From: Plasmodiophora brassicae
Lineage: Eukaryota
Length of the DNA stretch: 64,000 bases
Direction of reading: 5' to 3'
NCBI GenBank assembly: GCA_036867785.1
Contig: CP145409.1
Coordinates: forward strand, 1,798,001 to 1,862,000
The translations under genes were made by a program, and so were the position numbers. Positions 21,040 through 33,331 of the stretch are shown one piece after another; within the stretch, counting starts at the first letter, position 1; each line of letters opens with the position of its first letter. Under the pieces are notes generated by a model. The model was given only the letters and a program-made list of their open reading frames with translations. It searched no databases and was not told the origin of the DNA.

Positions 21040-24000
21040 ATGGACGGCGCCCTGCGGCGGTCGTCCCGGGCGGTCAGGGCGCACGTGGGGCGGGCGTCGA
21101 CGCATGCGCATCGGAGCGCGGGCCATGCGGCGCCGAGGACGCTGGCCGCGCTGACGATGTCGGATGTGAACGACGTGGTCGTTGCGGTGGCGCGGCACCC
21201 GCGATCGCTGGACCGACTCGTCGATGTGGATCGCCAGCTCGACGGGTTGCTGCATCTGGGAGGCGACCTGCGTCGCCTGCCGCATATCGCATCGCTCCTC
21301 TCCAAATTGTGCACCGTGCGCAACAGTACGTAACAGGCGACGGCAACGCATCGTGGCCGGACCTCATCGGCGTGCCCCGTTCCTCAGATCACGTCAACGT
21401 GTCAAGCATGGTGACGCGAATATGTCAGGCGGCCGCTAATCACGTTGCTGATTACGATAGCAAGAGTCTGGCGATGATGGCAACGGCCGCTGCGCGCGCC
21501 TGTCCGTCGCTGCCTGGTCTCGTCGAACAGTTCGCCAGGCAGGTCGCCCACCAATCTGCCTCCTCACTGGGCTCCCAGGCTTTGTCGAACTCGATCCACG
21601 CCCTGGCGAAATGCAACGCCCGGGATGATGCCCTGTGGAGGGCACTCGCGGGACTCGTCTGTCAGATGTGCGAATCGTTCAAGGCGCAGGAAATCGCGAA
21701 TACGGCATGGGCGTTCGCAACAGTAGGAATCCGGGACGATGCGTTGTTTGAATGCCTGTCTCGTCGGGCTCTCCAAGTTGGCAGCGAGTTCACATCCCAA
21801 GGCATATCAACGACGGCGTGGGCGTTCGCGACATCGGGTATCAAGAACGACGCGCTGTTCAGCAAGTTCTCCGCGCTCGCTCGAGATCTGGTCGGCGGTT
21901 TCAACCAGCAACAGGTTGCCAATACGGCGTGGGCGTTCGCGACGTTGGGCATCAAGGATGACGTTCTGTTCGACGAGCTATCCCGAAGGGCGATCGGGGC
22001 AACCGCGGAGTTCACCGCCCAAGCAATTGCCAACACGGCATGGGCATTTGCCACGTTGGCAATCAAGGACGATGCCCTGTTCAAGGCTCTTTCAACCCGG
22101 GCGTTCGACGTCGCCCGTGATTTCACGGCGCAAGGCGTTGCGAATTTGGCTTGGGCGTTCGCATCGGCGGACTTCAGGGACGACGATTTGTTCTTCTTGC
22201 TGTCGAGTCGCGCGAGACATGTCTGCCGTCAATTCATCGATAAGGGCATCGCGAACACGGCATGGGCGTTCGCCAAGCTGGGCATCAAAGACGACATGCT
22301 GTTCAGCGCCCTGTCCCGCCGGGCACAGGACCTGGCGCATGTGTTCTGCTCGCAGAACATCGCCAACACCGCTTGGTCGTTCGCAACGCTAAAGATCAGG
22401 GACGACGCACTCTTCAGCAAGTTCGCAACGCGTTTCCAGGAGGTCTTACCGACGACCAATGTGCAAGAGGTTGCGAATACGGCCTGGGCGTTTGCTACGC
22501 TGGGGATCAACGATGGCGTCCTATTCCACGGCCTGTCGGGACGGGCACGTCAGCTGTTACCCGAGTTCAACTCGCAGGCCATCGCCAACCTGTCGTGGGC
22601 GTTCGCGACAATGGCGATTAGGGATGAGGCACTGTTCGACGACCTAGGACGCCGTGCACGAGAAATCCTACCCACGTTCAGCGCGCAGGGCGTCTCCAAC
22701 ACGGCCTGGGCATATGCCACGTTGAATATCAAGGACGTCCCTTTGTTCAATGACCTTTCACAACGGGCACAAGAGATCGTTCGGGAATTCGGCCCGCAGA
22801 ACGTTGCCAATACGGCCTGGGCGTTCGCCCGGTTGAAGTTCAAGGACGACTCCCTGTTCAGTCGCTTCCGAATTCGGGCGCACGACGTGATCAACGATTT
22901 CAAGGGGCAAGAAGTTGCCAACACGGCGTGGGCGTTCGCCAAGCTGACCCTGAAAGACGATGCGCTGTTCCATGATTTCTCACGGCGGGCGCAGGCCGTC
23001 ATCCAGGACCTGAACGCGCAAGAGACCACCAACATGGCGTGGGCGTTCGCCGCACTGGACATCCAGGACCTGACGTTGCTCGACGCGCTCGTCCGTCGCG
23101 CCAACGAATTGATCGACAGCTTCAAGGCCCAGGAGGTCGCCAACATGTCGTGGGCGTTCGCAAAGCTGACCGTGAAGGCTCTGCCGGACCACAGCCTGTT
23201 CAGCAGCCTGTCGCGGCGCGCCCAGGAGGTTTTCCAGCAGATGAAAGCGCAAGAGGTCTCGAATACGGCATGGGCGTTCGCATCCTCCGACATCATCGAC
23301 GATGCCCTGTTCAATGTCCTGTCGCAACGCGCCCAGGTGCTCAGCGACGAGTTCACCGCACAGGCAGTGGCCAACACGATCTGGGCATTCGCAACGGTTT
23401 CCATCGTCAACGACAAAAAGCTGTTCGATGCCATGTGCCGACGCGCGGTCGACGTTATGCACGATTTCTCTACGCAAGAGGTCGCCAACATGGCATGGGC
23501 GTTCGCCGTCATGGAGGTTCCGGCCGACGACGCCGTAACGCGATCACTGCTGCTTCGGGCGATCCAACTCGCCGACCAGCTCAGCGTTGTCGAACAACGC
23601 CAAATGCACCAATGGCGACTCGCTGTTGGTGTCGATCGCCTGGACAAGATTGCAGCCGACCTTGACGTTGCCGACAGTGATATGTTTTCCAACTGGGCGC
23701 TGTCCCTGCGTGAGGCACCCCTGAATGCATCGTTGCTCGAGGACGACGTCTTCGCCAGCCTGCAACGTGCCGACCTGCAGCGCAACTGGATTTGCCCGGA
23801 AACCTGCTACTCCATCGATATGGCCTGCCCTGAGCACCGGCTGGCCATCGAGGTCAATGGCCCGTCGCACTTCGTCGTGTCCGGTCAGCGCCAGCGCCTA
23901 AACGGCTCATCCATCCTCAAGCGAAGCCTGCTGAAACAGTACGGGTGGACCGTTGTCGATGTCAACTACTACGACTGGGATACATTGCAGACCGACGTGG

Positions 24001-24059
24001 ACAAACGCCAGTTCCTCGTGTCTGCGCTTGAACAAGCAGTACCCGCCGTCTTCAACTAA
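21040..24059 (+). CDS. heptatricopeptide (37-aa) helical-repeat protein with C-terminal RAP domain; intron 21326-21387
   Basis: ~18 repeats of xQxxANTAWAFA at 37-aa spacing; RAP motif IDMA...LAIEVNGPSHF...LKRSLLKQYGWTVVDVNYYDW; Arg-rich N-terminal exon splices in frame. Confidence 0.88.
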
Positions 24060-24099
24060 ACTGTCTTACGCGTAAGCAGGCTACATTTGTTTTGAGTCG

Positions 24100-26061
24100 C
24101 TATGATCTTGGTGCAGGAACGGCCGGCGATGGCAAGTACCGGTACGCCTTCTGAGGCAGCGTCGTACTGCGCCGGTCCATCCGTTGCAGGTGAAGCTCGG
24201 TCTGCTTGCCAACGACGACATCGATCAGGTCGAACCCATCGCCAATGACGATCTGCTTGGACAATGGCGTTCTTCGCGGACGACGATGACGAAGTCGACG
24301 AGTGGCGCCAACGACCCGCTCGCGAATCGTCATCAACGCGCGCCGCGTCTGCCTGACCTGAGCCTCCAGTCGACTGAGCATTGTGGTCGGCAACGAAGGC
24401 TCGGGCTCCTGAACGGCCACCTTCCGCCGACGCAGTTGCCGATGATGATGGTGGTGGACCACGCGAGGTTTCGTATCGACGGGCTGGTTCTGCTGGCGGG
24501 CGACAAGGTCGGCTATGGTGACCGTGCACTCCTGGACGGCCATCGTGATCTTCTGGAGCGTGTCCTTCGTCATCTCTGCTGCGCTCTGCACGGTAGCCGC
24601 CAGTGCCGATGAGTCGTGAGGCGGTTCCCCTGAAGTGGACATCTCCATGATGTTCTCGTGCGCGTGTCGCTCACGGTCCCGCTCCCGAAGATCATCGATC
24701 TCTTTACGAATCGCCGCCGTCTGCGCCCGTAGCTCATCGCGAAGCTCGATGAGCGCCGTGTTCGCGTTTGGTGGGGTTGACGATATGTTCAGCGCTGCCA
24801 TGTGATCCAGCAGATTGTTCAAGCGCGTCGCCAGCATCATGTCGCTGATGCTCGGCGGGGCCTGCACGACCTGGACCGGAGGAAACGACGTCGGCGGCGG
24901 CGACGGGTGCGCAAGCGTCTGCTCGCGAACGTGTGTGGCGAATTTCCCGATCTGATGCACTCGCTTGTCGCAGGCCTGGCAATGGGATTTCGCGCAGGAC
25001 GCGCACGGGATCGTGGCACGCTCCACCTCACAGTTGGCGCACTGATCCCCAGCGACGACCATCGGCACCCGATCGTGCGCCCTGAACTTCGGAGCGGCAT
25101 GCATGCGCTGATCGCAGGACGCGCACAACGGCATATCGCAGGTGCGGCATTGAATGCTTGGGGGCGCTCTCTCACAGTTCCTGCAGGGCAATGATCCGGT
25201 CGTTGCTGCTGGTGACGGTGCTGGCGCTGGTGCCTTTAACGGTGCTGCTGCTGATGATGATGTTGGTGATGATGACGGTGCCTTTAACGGTGTTGGTGCG
25301 GGTGCGGGTGCGGGTGTCTTTAACGGTGAGGGTGCGAGTGCTGATGCTGATGGTAGTGCAGCTGGCGCCGCTGAGGGTGATGCTCGCATGTGGGTCCTGA
25401 ATTTGGCAGTTTGATGGAGGCGCGTGTCGCAAGCGTTGCAGTACAGCTTCTTGCATTCCTTGCAGGAGGTGATTCCAGGTTGCATCTCACAGTTGTCGCA
25501 GACGGTAGACGAAGAAGAAGGTCGGTTGACGGGTGGCGAAGCGACGGTCAGAGGCGTCTTCTTCACCGGTGCCCGTTTGTGCGACTGGAATTTCGTCATC
25601 CGGTGCAGGCGTGTATCGCATCCGGTACACAGCGTCTGTGCACAATCGTCGCATCGGACGGCTGCACTCGACACCTGACAGTTGTTGCATGTCGTGGAAT
25701 CGGTCGAAGCAGGCGATGATGACTGGGGCTTGGGGTCCGCTGGCGACAGCGACGGCGGTCTAGACGACGTCGATGCAATTGGCTGACGCGTGTGCGATAT
25801 GAAACGGGATATACGATGCAAGCGCGAATCGCATTCGTCGCACAATGGTTTGTTGCATTCCGGGCAGTCGATGGTGGCCGGCGACACCTGGCAGTTCTGG
25901 CAGCTGGGCGTTGACGGTTCCGCGAACGGCGACAGCGCGTGGCCCTGCCGGGATTTCGTCCTGTGTACGCCCGCGGAACAGTCGGCGCAGAACGCTTTGC
26001 CGCATTCCCGGCAGCTGATCGTGGCGGGATCGCCCTCACAGTTCGCGCACAGCGCCGGCAT
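24100..26061 (-). CDS. protein with six B-box zinc fingers and a C-terminal coiled coil
   Basis: Six CxxC-x8-CxxC-x4-CxxC-x4-H-x7-H units separated by Pro/Ser/Ala linkers. Confidence 0.85.
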   Translation of the reverse strand: MPALCANCEGDPATISCRECGKAFCADCSAGVHRTKSRQGHALSPFAEPSTPSCQNCQVSPATIDCPECNKPLCDECDSRLHRISRFISHTRQPIASTSSRPPSLSPADPKPQSSSPASTDSTTCNNCQVSSAAVRCDDCAQTLCTGCDTRLHRMTKFQSHKRAPVKKTPLTVASPPVNRPSSSSTVCDNCEMQPGITSCKECKKLYCNACDTRLHQTAKFRTHMRASPSAAPAALPSASALAPSPLKTPAPAPAPTPLKAPSSSPTSSSAAAPLKAPAPAPSPAATTGSLPCRNCERAPPSIQCRTCDMPLCASCDQRMHAAPKFRAHDRVPMVVAGDQCANCEVERATIPCASCAKSHCQACDKRVHQIGKFATHVREQTLAHPSPPPTSFPPVQVVQAPPSISDMMLATRLNNLLDHMAALNISSTPPNANTALIELRDELRAQTAAIRKEIDDLRERDRERHAHENIMEMSTSGEPPHDSSALAATVQSAAEMTKDTLQKITMAVQECTVTIADLVARQQNQPVDTKPRVVHHHHHRQLRRRKVAVQEPEPSLPTTMLSRLEAQVRQTRRALMTIRERVVGATRRLRHRRPRRTPLSKQIVIGDGFDLIDVVVGKQTELHLQRMDRRSTTLPQKAYRYLPSPAVPAPRS

Positions 26062-26564
26062 CGTTAACTGTGTGCACACCCCCCTCCCCCCTCATCTGGG
26101 TACGGTACCCCGGTCGAACCTGGCATCAGCGCTAGACTGCAACCAACAAGAGATCCCCCCGGCCTGACGGGTCGAGATAACCTCGGTATCATATGAAACC
26201 GACGATAAATGTTCGAGCAGGTCGACGGCGCTGGACTCTGTGCCAGTACTGGGTAGGCGCCTTGAGTCAGTATTTACATTCGAAGCCCTCAGGCAGGCTG
26301 TATTTGCTCTGCCACCGTTCGTTTGGACGCACGCCAAATAGGGGTGGTTGGTGGGAGCACATAGCACGCCAGGCAGGTGACAGCAGTCCAAGCGACAGAC
26401 GTTGGCTGCGCCCTTGTGGACTTCGACCGCTTCTCGACGACCCCTGTCATGCGGGAGATTGTCGCCGCACGACAATGGGGGCAGGTCCACAAATAGCGCT
26501 TGATGGTACTAAATCCGGGGTACGACGTTCGTTGCGGGAGTGACAGTGTGTCTGAGGGTCGATC

Positions 26565-28231
26565 ATGGCGCCTGGCGAGCTGCTGATGGAGCCGACACGG
26601 GCGACGCTGGTCGCCAACCCTGCGCCTGCCGACGGTGAGCGTCACAGGCGGACCACAATGCTGAGCGCGTTCCTGTCCAGGCGCAACACCGGCTCGCAGC
26701 AGCAGCAGCAACGCCGACCTTCCACTGTCAACTGGCAGACCTCGACGTCGCCGGCCGCGCCCGTTTCATCTGCACCCGCATCTGCTGGCATCCTACTCTC
26801 CACCCAGGTCACCTGCAAAGGTCTACCACTTCTGCCATCGCTCCTCTACCTACTTACAACCAATGCCAGATGCATCTGTGCTGTTGACGGTCACTGAACG
26901 TGCCGTCGTGGAATCGCCCGGAAAGTCCAGGCCGTTCGTCGACGTGTATGCTGTTGCGCGCGACCCGTCCGATGCGAATGTCGTCACCGTGCACTGGATT
27001 AAGAGCAGCGCCGGTGGCGTTGGAGCCAAGGTCGCATCCCATTATCTCGTCCATGCTGCCTTGTATCGCCCGTACTGATGCACGACGTTCGACAGGTCAA
27101 GATTGTCGGCGTGCGCGATTACGTTTCGGTGCGACGTTACCGGTGCGCGTCATCGGAGGACTGCGACAACGTGATGGTCGCGCTGGAGTGTCTCGTTCGT
27201 CGCGCCTGGCAATCGCTGTGCGAATCGTCGATCATGCCTGCGCCGGAGATCTACCAAGCGCATGCATTCGTCGACAAGCTGAACCGGAAAGGCGTTCTCC
27301 AGAACCGGGTGCTGGCGGTGTCTAACGAATGGGTTTACAACCTCGAATGCGGCTATGGTCCCGTGACGATCAAGAACGCCAAGGTACCGTGCTCCGATGG
27401 TTTTGACTTGCCTGGCCAGTGCTCAGCGATTGGTTTGCCAGTGGGCAGTCCCGATCAAAGCGATCGTCGAGCTGAGCGTGTCTAGGCACAACCGGATGCC
27501 ATTGCTGGCCATGACGATGGATCCGGCAGCCATGGGTGCCGCTGCCGACAAGACCCGGGCCCTGGGTGGCGAGCACGCCCCGAAATCGCAGCACCAGTTC
27601 TGCTTCTACTCGATGGCGCTCCTGGAGAATTTCATCACTGTTATACGAACGCTGTCCTTTGCGTCCAATCATACGGGGCTAAAGGTCGTCGTCTCTGACG
27701 ACGCCAAGGTACTCGTCGTTACTGCTGCGGGAACGTATATCGTCGTCGCTGACATCAATGGCGGTATCGTCAGAGGCGAGAATCTGTTTCTCCTGAGCGT
27801 TCAACGTCGGTGGCCGGCAATCATGCCATGCAAGGGTTCCTTCTAAAGCACCGCAAGAACAAGAAAGGTGGGTTGGTGTGCGGAACGTCCCATGCATTGC
27901 ATGCTGATCGTGTCGACAGGGAAGCCTCACCGACGGTTCGTCCGGGTAAACACGGGCGATGGAACAATTGCCTGGTCTGAATCGGAACTGGCGAGCAAGG
28001 TGCTGCACGGTAACGTATGCCACAGATGCCACCGCCGCCCTCGTAGTGATTCGAGCGTGCGACAGGTAAAATTCTGTCGTTCGAGGAAAGCCGTGCCGCC
28101 GGTGATGCGCCGTTCTCGTTCGCCGTGCGCACGGACGCCAAGGTGCTGTTCTTCGTCGCCGAGTCGGAAGGGGACTACACGGCCTGGTGCACAGCGTTCC
28201 GATCGATACACCGCAGGGGAAGCAATGCTGA
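26565..28231 (+). CDS. multi-exon hypothetical protein with PH-like domains
   Basis: Chain of ORF segments joined by GT-AG introns; VDKLNRKGVLQNRVLAVSNEWVYNL and RFVRVNTGDGTIAWSE are PH-like. Confidence 0.5.
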
Positions 28232-28365
28232 ATTAGAACCGCAATAGACAACGAAATCACTGGACGTCCGTCCGCTTCGTTGGCCTATCTATAAACTTCA
28301 TCCAGATTTGTCGAGTTAAGCGCAACCAGCGAAACAGTCAGGCAGCCGTGCGTAGTGTGGCAGGG

Positions 28366-30711
28366 TCATCCCAACTTGCCGTTCTCCGCTCCTTCTACAG
28401 GGCATGCAAGGAGCGTCGTACCGTCATCTTGGATAGTGGTCGTCAGTTGGACGATATTGTCCAGGTTCGTCTGGTGAACGAAGCACACCGTTACGCATTC
28501 TCCCGGCTGACCGAGAAGGACGATCCGGGCATCCCGGATCGAACAGAACCGCATCGTGCCGATTGGAATGAATTTGGCCAGTTCGCCGAGAATGCACCAC
28601 CCGTCGGCACGGACGGGGGCGACATACCACAGCGCGAGACAGTTCGGGTCAACGGTGACGGCATCGTTGAAATCATGGACCCGTACGTTCAGCACCTGTC
28701 CAGTGGATTCGCAGACCTCCCACTGGTATGCGAGCATGGGGGTGTGCGATTTGCACAGTTCGTCCTCTAGGTGGCGCTTATGAAGCTGGAACGGGCACTG
28801 CAGATACGACGACAGAACGCAGAACCAGTACGAATCGCACCCAGGAACCGCCATCCGAGCACGATACACGTGCCCGGTTGGACCGCTCCCATCTTGGAAC
28901 ACGACCTGGGTCCACCAACAATCCAGAGGGCGGAGTGGCTGGTCGACCTATGCCGGCACCATAAGACGGCGGCTCGTATTGCTGGCGGGTGCTCGTACCC
29001 GCAACAGAACTCCATCAGACCGGCACGTCCGCATGATCCTGGCTCTGCAGGAGCAGCCAATCTTGTCGGAGAACGCCACAGGGCCATTCGAGAAGGCGAG
29101 CACGGCGGCTTGAAGATCCGGGTCAGGCTCCTGTAGACCGTAGCGGTTACCGGGTTGCACCTTGGCCGACCATGCCGTATCTTTGCTAGGGCGCAGGCCC
29201 AGAGCGTCGAGGATTAGGGCAACAGGGCCGATCTGCCACTGCGTCCCAATAATGTGGTAATCGTCCGAGGCCCTCGCCTGGGAAACGCTGTCGATCTCGA
29301 GCGATTGCAGAAGATGACAGAGGTACGGCATGCAGTACTGAATCGTGATCCCATTCCTGGATGCGGCCTTGCCCATGCCAACCAGCCATTCACGAAGCGC
29401 GGGCCAATCCGTCGTGTACGCCGTTTCGAGACGCTCGACCTGCTGATCAAGCCAGTCCTGCTCGTAGACACGAAGGCCCCATTTTGTCGCTTCCTCAAAC
29501 AGGTCGTCCCAGAATCGCGGCTCGAGAGGCAAAGCCGTACGAGCGCCCACTAGGAACCGGTAGCTGTCGCGGTAGACGTTGTCAGGGGCCCAGAAACGGT
29601 TGTGCGCTACAAAATGAAGACCGAGCTTCGCGAACAGCGACGACAAGCCAGATGGCAAGACGTCTGGCCGAGCGGTCCAGTTTCGAACGCCCCCGTCGGG
29701 AACGCCGTTGAGGTCGGCGCTGAACGGGTCGCGACTTCGATAGTACCACCACGAGTCCAGCTGCATGTACCGGTACGGGATACGAGACTCGTCTGCATAC
29801 GCCTTGACCGCGAGCAGCGTCTGCTCGTAATCGCCCAAGGTTTCGTCAAACCTGCGACATCGTTACCGACGGTCAAGGCAACCATGAACGCGTTTCGACC
29901 CACTTGTGATAGTAGTAGGCGCCGTTATCAGTAGCATCTGTGAAGCAAACGGTCACATGGCGTCGACCCACGAATGATACGTCGTACAGCCAAGCGTGGT
30001 GAGGCTGATGTCCATGTCCGGGCGACGCTTCGTGCCGTAATGCGCTCGTAACGCAGATCCCCATGCGGCGACAGTGGCAGTGATTCCTGCCCGTCCGAAG
30101 ACCACAATTGTTTCCGATTGGAATCCCGCTGGCAACCCCACCAAGCTTCCAACCGGGCCATACTGGACCTCGCCGTCAGCCACCACCATGGTCGACGTCA
30201 TGAACTGGGAGAAGTTCGACACAATGGCCGTGTACCCTCGTCGTCCGTGTTCGAAGAACATCAACGGGCCGGCGCTGATCCCGGACGGCACGTCAGCGCC
30301 CTCGTTGAACCTGCCGAACGACCGCTCCTTCAGGAACCGGCCTTGGAACGCATAGAATCCTAATTCGCGCCCCTCTTGCTTCATGGGAATCGTGGGGAAC
30401 GCGCCACGAACCGCATCGACAGGAAGGTCGCCACCTGGGCACCCGTTCGGGAATTCCTGCCCGAACACGACCACGCCGCCTTCATCATACACGCGAATCG
30501 ACGTCCGATAGTACGGGTCAGTCGTTGGCTCCGGCCAATGCGACCCCGCCCATCCCGTCTCGTGCAACGTGTACGCCCCGATTGCGTCCCTCCCCGCGGA
30601 CGACCGCTCGCTAGTCGCAACCAGCGTGCCGGTCCCCGAATCGGCCGCCGCCCCAAACAGATGGGCCCTGGTGGGCCCGAACGACAGCGGCCCCGTCCCA
30701 AGCGCCACCAT
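28366..30711 (-). CDS. putative clan-D glycoside hydrolase (GH27/36-like TIM barrel), multi-exon
   Basis: MQLDSWWY, YEQDWL, IQYCM, ARASDDY and GPVAFSD motifs resemble GH36/raffinose-synthase-like enzymes. Confidence 0.65.
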
Positions 30712-30830
30712 CCCGACGCGACGACGCCACGAAAACGACCAGTGGCCCGGTCAGACGCGACCTGAATGCGGCGGCTCTGTTGCATTACGTCAACTAGCGA
30801 ACAAACAGGAACGGGGGTATTTGCCCTTCA

Positions 30831-31673
30831 CTACAATCTACTGCTGTGGGCGAATAGTTGGAGCTTGTTCAGAGCGCGTTGCTGTGCAGCGTTCGGTGGG
30901 GAAGGCTGCCAGCCGGCGAGGATATCCAGCAGCTGGTCCGTGCGATCCTGGCCGAACAGCAAGAGCGAGCTGGCGCTGGGCTTGTCGGCAACCTCGTACG
31001 TAGGGACGCCGATCACGCCGCGCTGCAATGCTGTCGCTGTGTTCTCGGCAAGTTGTTTCTTGACGTGTGGGTCTGTTGCGGCCCGGTTGACGAGGCGTTC
31101 GCCGGGGAACCCAGCTCCGTTTAACACGTCGCAAAGAATGGCTGCCTCACCGACGTTCTTGTTCTGTTGCCAGACCGCACGAAACAGCGCCCCCATTGCT
31201 CTTGGCTCGATAATGCAAACGCGACAGGGCAGTACGGAACGCAGAGGGAAGAAGGACGGCATTGTGCACGGTTCGCCCCAGAACGCCGCCCACCGTTGCA
31301 AGTCATCGGCAGCGTAGCGACGCTTCGTTTCAGAGAGGGCGGCTGACGGTAAGTTCGGGGTCCCGACCTCTCGGAACACGATGCCGACGAGGATAGGGAC
31401 CACGACAACGCGACAACGGCCGGCGAATATCCTGCCGAGCTGGGTAAACCCCAGGAAGGACCAAGGCGACCCAAGGTCGAGGTAAACCCGGACCTCAGGC
31501 TGTGGTGGTTCAGGGGAACGGCGATCGGGAAAGGCGCGAAGCAGCTGTTTCCTGCCCGGCCGCCGCCGCCCGACGATGACGTAAACTTCGCGACAGAGTT
31601 TGCATAACTCTTGCAGATTGGCGGCCCCGGTCCCCCCGCCCCGGAAATAGATCGTTCGCGGACGGGGGGCCAC
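30831..31673 (-). CDS. DSBA-like / GST-kappa / HCCA-isomerase family protein with C-terminal SRL; start uncertain
   Basis: YLDLGSPWSFLG, PILVGIVF, RGVIGVPTY, FGQDR. Confidence 0.82.
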   Translation of the reverse strand: MAPRPRTIYFRGGGTGAANLQELCKLCREVYVIVGRRRPGRKQLLRAFPDRRSPEPPQPEVRVYLDLGSPWSFLGFTQLGRIFAGRCRVVVVPILVGIVFREVGTPNLPSAALSETKRRYAADDLQRWAAFWGEPCTMPSFFPLRSVLPCRVCIIEPRAMGALFRAVWQQNKNVGEAAILCDVLNGAGFPGERLVNRAATDPHVKKQLAENTATALQRGVIGVPTYEVADKPSASSLLLFGQDRTDQLLDILAGWQPSPPNAAQQRALNKLQLFAHSSRL

Positions 31674-31777
31674 TCAGCCACCGTCAGCAGTTCCCATGGG
31701 GCCCCCGTTGGGCGGTCGGCGAACGTTTTGGATCGTCGGGCACGTTGCTAGACAATACTCGTCGACGTCAGCGCGGA

Positions 31778-32823
31778 TGGTGAAGAGCAAGAAGGCGAAG
31801 GTTGATGTCGAGCTGGCTGATGTCGAGATCAGCGACGGGTTCTCGAAGCCGATCGAACAGGTCGGTTACCTACGCCCGCGGCGGAGCACCCGTGACGAAT
31901 GTGATTCGTGTTCGTGCAGGTATTTGGGGTGCTGACGGATCCGAAGAAGAACAAGGGGGCCGGTATCCCTCCGTCGTTCTCCACCAAGATCGGCCAGGAA
32001 TGGTCCACAGATGACATGTACTGCAAGAACTTGCACGTGGTACCCAACAAGCTAATCGGTAGGCGTTCTGCATGGGTTGCCCTTCTCTGCTGACTGGAGT
32101 GCGTATTGTTAGTGCAAGAGTGGCGTGCCAAGCACTGGGAGGACACCGGTTCATCTACACCGACCTTGGTCATCCGTTTGGAGAAGGGCTGCTATCCCAC
32201 GAAGATCTTCCTGTCGCATCTGAATGTCCCAGCGAATGAGAAGGACTCCATCGCGGAAGTATGGACGAAAGAGCTGTTCGGCCGTATCCGCGAAGCGCTC
32301 GACGATCAATCCAGTTACCGTCCGCCACGAAAAGGTGCGACGATATGCCATTTCGAGATCCCTTCCAAGGTGCGACGATAACGCCAACGTATTCATTCGT
32401 GTTGGCTAAAGGGCTTCCTTTGTAGAACCCTGCAGAGAATTCCAAGTTTTATGCGGACGTTTTCGGGTGGAATGTTGCTGACTGGGGAGGCTACGTCGGG
32501 TACAACTCTGGGCCCAGGAACACTGATTGGGGCTTCGGTTAGTCAGAGTCGCCCGTCATTCGTGTGCTACCCGTACTTACGTTGTGCGACCCAAAGTGGA
32601 TGGTGGATTCCCGAAGGTTGACGACGACCGTGAGATTGCCGGGGTGCGCATCGCTTCCCACATGCCATATTACCAGTGCGACATTGAGGAACACATCAAG
32701 AAGGTCGTTGCCGCTGGCGGCAAGGTTATCAAGGAGAAGTACGAGATTATGGGTGGCCATGGCTTCGCTGCCGATTGTCAGGATCTCGACGGCAACATCT
32801 TTGCCTTGTACTCCCAGAAGTGA
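31778..32823 (+). CDS. AHSA1/SRPBCC domain fused to a glyoxalase/VOC domain (5 exons)
   Basis: KNLHVVPNKLI|VQEWR (AHSA1-like), then ICHFEIP..FYADVFGW..KVVAAGGKV..DLDGNIFAL (VOC). Confidence 0.7.
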
Positions 32824-33331
32824 GCGTTGTCTGTGGGTGCCAATCGTCCAGCGGGCCCCAGCGTTATGAACGATGAAAACGCATATTTCGCTATTTGAGG
32901 GATATCGTTGTTGTTACGGTACCGAACTTTAGTCGGCGAGGTTAGGGTGTCTGACACGTGACAGTCGTGTGTCCTCACTTCTCTGCTTCGTCCCGATTTG
33001 CATGTGAATTTGGAGATCGCGAAGCTAGCCACTATATGGTGTAAGTTCAAGATCACACGCTTCCTGGTATAATACTGGCCGCTCTAAGCGCGCAGTGCAT
33101 CCCCGCATTCGGAAAGAAACCGGAGCGTTATTGGACGCCATCCAATTCCATACAGTTTCGAGGCGTGGGCCATGACGTCATGATCAGACCTTGGGAAGGC
33201 ACACCGCTCTAAAATGTCATCTGTATAAGGAATGCTGACGGACGCGATGTGCAGAAGCAAATCTCCACTACTGGGATGCTGTCGACGGAATAATACATTA
33301 GACTCTGGCCGCGATGGCCTTACAGGGTTGT

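Noticed and set aside
21662-23785. Long minus-strand ORFs with ANAHA repeats
   Set aside because: Antisense shadow of the HPR repeat gene.
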